Assembly (NCBI RefSeq): GCF_036321535.1
Contig: NC_087436.1
Span: 105,526,001 to 105,590,000 of the forward strand
Source: Camelus dromedarius
Taxonomy: Eukaryota
Reading direction: 5' to 3'
Length of the DNA stretch: 64,000 nt
Part shown: positions 59,996 to 64,000 of the stretch, piece by piece
How the letters are laid out: the number at the start of each line of letters is the position of its first letter
Position numbering within the stretch: the stretch's first letter is position 1
The notes under the pieces: generated by a model
What the model was told of the DNA's origin: nothing
Database searches by the model: none
What the model saw: the letters and a program-made list of their open reading frames with translations, nothing else
Program-made: the position numbers and the translations under genes

Positions 59996-60370
59996 CCAGT
60001 AGTATTTCTTTGGATCTAACTATTAAAAAGAGGAACCCAACTCAAACCAAATGAAATATTATTTCAGCTTAGGCTCTGCTCAAAAGTAATTTTGATAAAT
60101 CTAGTTTATTTATTTATTTGGCTCACATAGTTTTAGAAAATACATAGATTTGGTCCTAACTGGAAATTGATTCCTTAGAGGTTTTCCCAAAATAACTCTG
60201 GTTCAGTTTAGAGTTAAAATGTTTTCAAGTATATTAGAGTTTGGTTCAACACATTACTAGCTGCAGGGGGTGCGGGAGGGGAGGGTCTAAATTTAATTCA
60301 TAGTTTGCTTCCATTCTTTGAATCTAAGCACACCTAATTTTTTTTTAATGTAACATTGATTTCTTTGTAG

Positions 60371-60409
60371 GATGGCGATCCATCACTTCCCCCTGAAAAG
60401 AGGAAACAG
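60371..60409 (+). CDS. CCDC149: CCDC149 coding exon 3 (DGDPSLPPEKRKQ); gene continues beyond the window
   Basis: Acceptor ttgatttctttgtag|GAT, donor CAG|gtaaga, 39 nt, phase 0-0. Continues exon 2 as ...YRELI-DGDPSLPPEKRKQ, as in CCDC149. Confidence 0.93.
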
Positions 60410-60824
60410 GTAAGACTTATTTCTGATCTTTGAGAGCTCTCAGGATGTTTGTATTGATGCCTTACAACAACTGGGGAATCAGGGAACCCCAAAATGGGTA
60501 GAGAAATCTTTTAATTTCCCAGAATCCTTTTGTATTATTTGGGGGAGTGGGTGGTAGAGAAATGGGATGGGCTGGGATGAAGGGAACCCAGTGAAGTCCA
60601 ACACAGCGGAGGAGGGCACACCGCTTGACTGCGTTCCCTTTCTTGTTGGGAATTCTGTGGGGAAACCACAAGCTGAGAGCTCGAGGCTGTAGGACTTCAG
60701 CTTACCGTTTCGTGGGTGGACACTGTTCTGCCAGTCACTTCTGCCACTTCAGACTTTTAAAAGCCATCTTACCAGCAAAACTCCTGAGCCATTTATGTCT
60801 TTTCTCCTAAATGGTAACCAACAT

Positions 60825-61250
60825 TGCTTATTGATGAATTCATTTTCTCCCCACAGATTTTAGATGCCCACTTTTATCAATGAACACACACTCATATGTG
60901 TGTGCGTATATATATGTATATGAATCTGTTTCTGGACTTTTTGTTCTGTCCACTGAGCTCCCTGTTTCGTCCTATGATTGTACCACATTATTCTGCTTAT
61001 ACTTTATAATACTTTTAATACCTGTTTGAGCTAGACTCCTTCCCCTTGCTCTTTCTTTTCAGATGTTTCTTATTACTTTTTTCAGATATAACTAACAAAT
61101 ATTTTATCAAGTCTTCCCCTGATCCCACTCCCTGCAAAAAAAAAAAAAAAAAAAAAACCCAACCTGTTGATATTTTGATTGGGATTCTGTTAAATTTATA
61201 GATTAATTTTAGAACAGTAAACATTTCCATAACATTACATCCAGGAATAT
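60825..61250 (-). mobile_element. Old L1 ORF2 fragment
   Basis: - strand peptide VLKLIYKFNRIPIKISTG resembles L1 ORF2 (ILPKLIYRFNAIPIKIP). Confidence 0.7.
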
Positions 61251-62077
61251 TGTACGTTTAATTTTTTTAATCCAGTTGCATGCATATATACATATACATA
61301 TATACACACACATGTATATAATTGCTTTTTCCAAAGGTACCTTTGTTGCAGCTTTCCTCAACTTCACAGTTGTTCTATACTGATGTAGCTTGTAGACTTT
61401 TAGGGGTTGAAGGGAGCCTGGAAGATGGTGATGTCAGCCCTGCGTGTTCCATGTTGTGGAAAAGCCTCTGCACCAGAGCAGGGCTTCAACACTGGTAGAT
61501 ACAGGAATTGTTGCTGGCTTCATAGCTGTAATGGCTAACTCAACAACCTGTTTTTGTTCATTGATCACATACTTGGCACAGCATATAAACTCCTTAGATC
61601 CATTACCTTGTGATTTTTGATGCTGAGTAAACTATGTCCCAGACACACACACACACACACGACATTTACCCTTAAACAGCAACTTGGTCCTGTGGTTACC
61701 CTTTCAGTCATTCAGTTCTACTCACTCCCACATTCCCTTCCTATTCTGTTTGATTATTTTGTTATGCTCGAGTTTTGATCTAAAGTCAAATTTTTCTGTG
61801 GAACTAATCGATGGTCTTCTTTTTCCAAACAAAATGACATGGAAATTTATCATAAATGTTTAACAATTGGGATCCTTCATCTGGAATTGCTAGCTGTTTT
61901 TGTTTTTTGGGTGGCTCTGTGCCATCATCTTTGGTGATTTTAGAATTTGTTAGTATTCATGAAGGAGTTTTACAGTGTAAGTGAATTCACTTTCCGTGAC
62001 TTTCTAATAAAAAATTTACATTGACTGGAGAGAATCTGATGAATTCCAGTAAGTCTGTCAAGCTGCATTTTTACAGC

Positions 62078-62114
<37 letters not shown>

Positions 62115-62395
62115 GAGTTCAATGTCCTAAGCACTGGCTTTGTAGCTTTCAATACGGCATTTAGTTTCTGTCCCTTTAGGATTTAGTGTGGTGATGTGAG
62201 CTTGGGCTCTGCATCCTTCCTGCCTGGGTTAGAGCCAGTGCCTTGCTGCATGACATAGGAAGGATTGGGGTGCAAGTGATAGACGTTCGAAACTTCTTAA
62301 ACAATAAAGGGATCGATGCCCTCGCATAACCAGAAGCTGAGAGGTGGTGCGGGCCTTAGATGCTGCACAGTCATCATGACTTGTTCTCCCCTCTG

Positions 62396-62584
62396 TACCA
62401 CACTTGGCAAATAAAAATACAGGATACCCTGGTGAATTTGAATTTCAGGTAGACAATGAATACTTTTTAAGTATAAGAGTATGTCCCATGCAATATTCAG
62501 TGCATACTTATGCTTAAACATTAATGGTTATTTATCTACAATTCAGATGGAACTGGGAAGCCTGTATTTTATCTGACGACTCTA
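62396..62584. mobile_element. MER53 palindromic hAT MITE
   Basis: gcaaataaaaatacagga...aatttgaatttcag...agtatgtcccatgcaatatt...catacttatgct...cctgtattttatctgacgactcta. Inverted arms aaaatacagg (62414-62423) / cctgtatttt (62561-62570). Confidence 0.85.
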
Positions 62585-63479
62585 TCGCTGCGCCAATTTT
62601 AACGTCAGCTTCCTCTTGAACTTAACATCAGCTTTCTTCTAAAGGCTGGTTCCCCAAACAGAAGAGGCAAAACACCCAGCCATGGAATATAAGTCCTTCC
62701 CTCTGGTCTGATTGGGCCAGTATAGGATGTGCTCCCCTTTCTGGCTTACTAACATTCACCAAGGGGGTACTATACATTAACTGTCTTAATCACCAGGATA
62801 GAAGGGATTCGGGAGTGAGCAGTGACACCCACCAAACTAATTGTGTGGCCTTGGGAAGAGTCTTTTGGGTGTGTGAGTCTCAGCATTCTCATCCACAAAG
62901 TGGGAGTAAACATGGTGCCCACCATATAGTGTGGCTGTAAGGAATAAATGAGATAATGCAGGTAGAGTCTTCAGCACCGGGACCCTTTTTATTTATACTC
63001 GGCAGCTTGAAATAGTTGGGGCCAAAGAGGAAGTTCTTGGCTCAAAGGGCCTCAGAAAGGTTGGTTGAATAGCCACCTAGTGGGACAGAATTGCAGCCAG
63101 ACCTCAGGACCAGCTGCCACCAGGGCTCAGGTGCCCCCAGGTCTCTCCTCTGCCCTCAGCATTCTCTGTGTCAGCTGTAATTTCTTTTTGTGGACCTGTC
63201 TTCTCTGTGGAATGGGAAGCGTGGCTGCTGACCACATGAGAGCTGCAGACACCACATCTTGGACCGCTAGAAGAAAGCTGCTCCCTGGTCCCAGAGGAGA
63301 GTTCTCCCAGGCCAGGCTCAGGCTAGGGGCCCATTTCAGGGTCAGACGGGTATGGTCAGGCATCCTATAGATGCCAGGCAGCTTCTGCTGTTGTCATGTT
63401 GAAGAGATGGGTAGACCGAGCCTTAACCATCTGCTTTGGACACCTTCTTAAGACAGTCTTGGGGTGACAAGTGATAACC

Positions 63480-63705
63480 ATAGCAGCCAGTAGTTTTGAG
63501 TGCACATTCTTGAGTGTCGGCCCTTGTGCCCAGCATCACACTGTGGACGATCCCATTGAATCTTCACACAGCCATGGGAGGTGGGGGCCATCAGACAAAT
63601 GAGGAAATCAAGGCCTGTGGCAGGCAAGTCAATTACACAAGGGGAATAACGTAATTGTTGACAGAGCCAGAGTTCAAAGTCCTGCAGTCCACTCAGAGCT
63701 CATGC
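63480..63705 (-). mobile_element. MIR SINE
   Basis: cattgaatcttcacacagccatgggagg...cagacaaatgaggaaatcaaggc...acagagccagagttcaaa. Confidence 0.7.
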
Positions 63706-63832
63706 TGGGAGCCAGCATGACTCGGTAAATATTGAACACCTCATGGGTGTCCTGTGCTAATTAGACACTAGGGACATAGGGTGAAAAAAGTCAGACCCAG
63801 ATCCCTGAGGGTGTGGACCTTGCATTGCAGTT

Positions 63833-63957
63833 TGGGTGACCAGACTTTGGGTGACCTCAGGGTTGGTTTCGCCTCTTGTCCCGGCATGGTTTGTTTTAGT
63901 GCCCCTTTCGCACTCCAGATTGTCTTGGTTTGGATGATTAATAGTATAGTCATCTTA
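63833..63957. mobile_element. MER94 (hAT-Blackjack MITE)
   Basis: gggtgacc...ggtttcgcctcttgtcccggc...agtgcccctttc...ggtttggatgattaatagtatagtcatctta matches MER94 as recalled. Confidence 0.7.
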
Positions 63958-64000
63958 ATTCTGGTAGGGGTGCTCTGAGCAGACAATAAGCAAAACGATT

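Noticed and set aside
59560..60019. Cys/Val-rich and His/Thr-rich ORFs of 71-151 aa
   Set aside because: Translations of the (GT)n array, not proteins.

Overview
Mammalian (eutherian) genomic DNA, not microbial. The L1 3' ends and the absence of recognisable Alu, B1, CHR, Bov-tA or PRE1 SINEs point to a cetartiodactyl, most likely a camelid (inference). The window holds the 5' part of one + strand protein-coding gene, CCDC149: a CpG-island promoter (~25.0-26.1 kb), coding exon 1 (25509-25556, MNGDRTESDWQGLVSE), a 32.7 kb intron 1, exon 2 (58278-58439) and exon 3 (60371-60409). All junctions are GT-AG and phase 0, and the gene continues beyond the window. The rest is intergenic or intronic DNA full of old repeats (MLT1/MaLR and ERVL LTRs, L1, L2, MIR, hAT and Tigger MITEs), and nearly all other ORFs in the track are spurious. 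I found no convincing novel multi-gene system. The most notable observations are: an 11-codon uORF whose stop overlaps the CCDC149 start (AUGA); an open upstream in-frame extension; an 18-bp G-rich minisatellite in the promoter; a 5S-derived AmnSINE1-like relic 2.8 kb upstream; a 53-bp dispersed direct duplication in intron 1; a candidate poison exon; and a 430-bp structured UG array before exon 3. Repeat family names and boundaries were assigned by eye from remembered consensus sequences and need RepeatMasker/Dfam confirmation.
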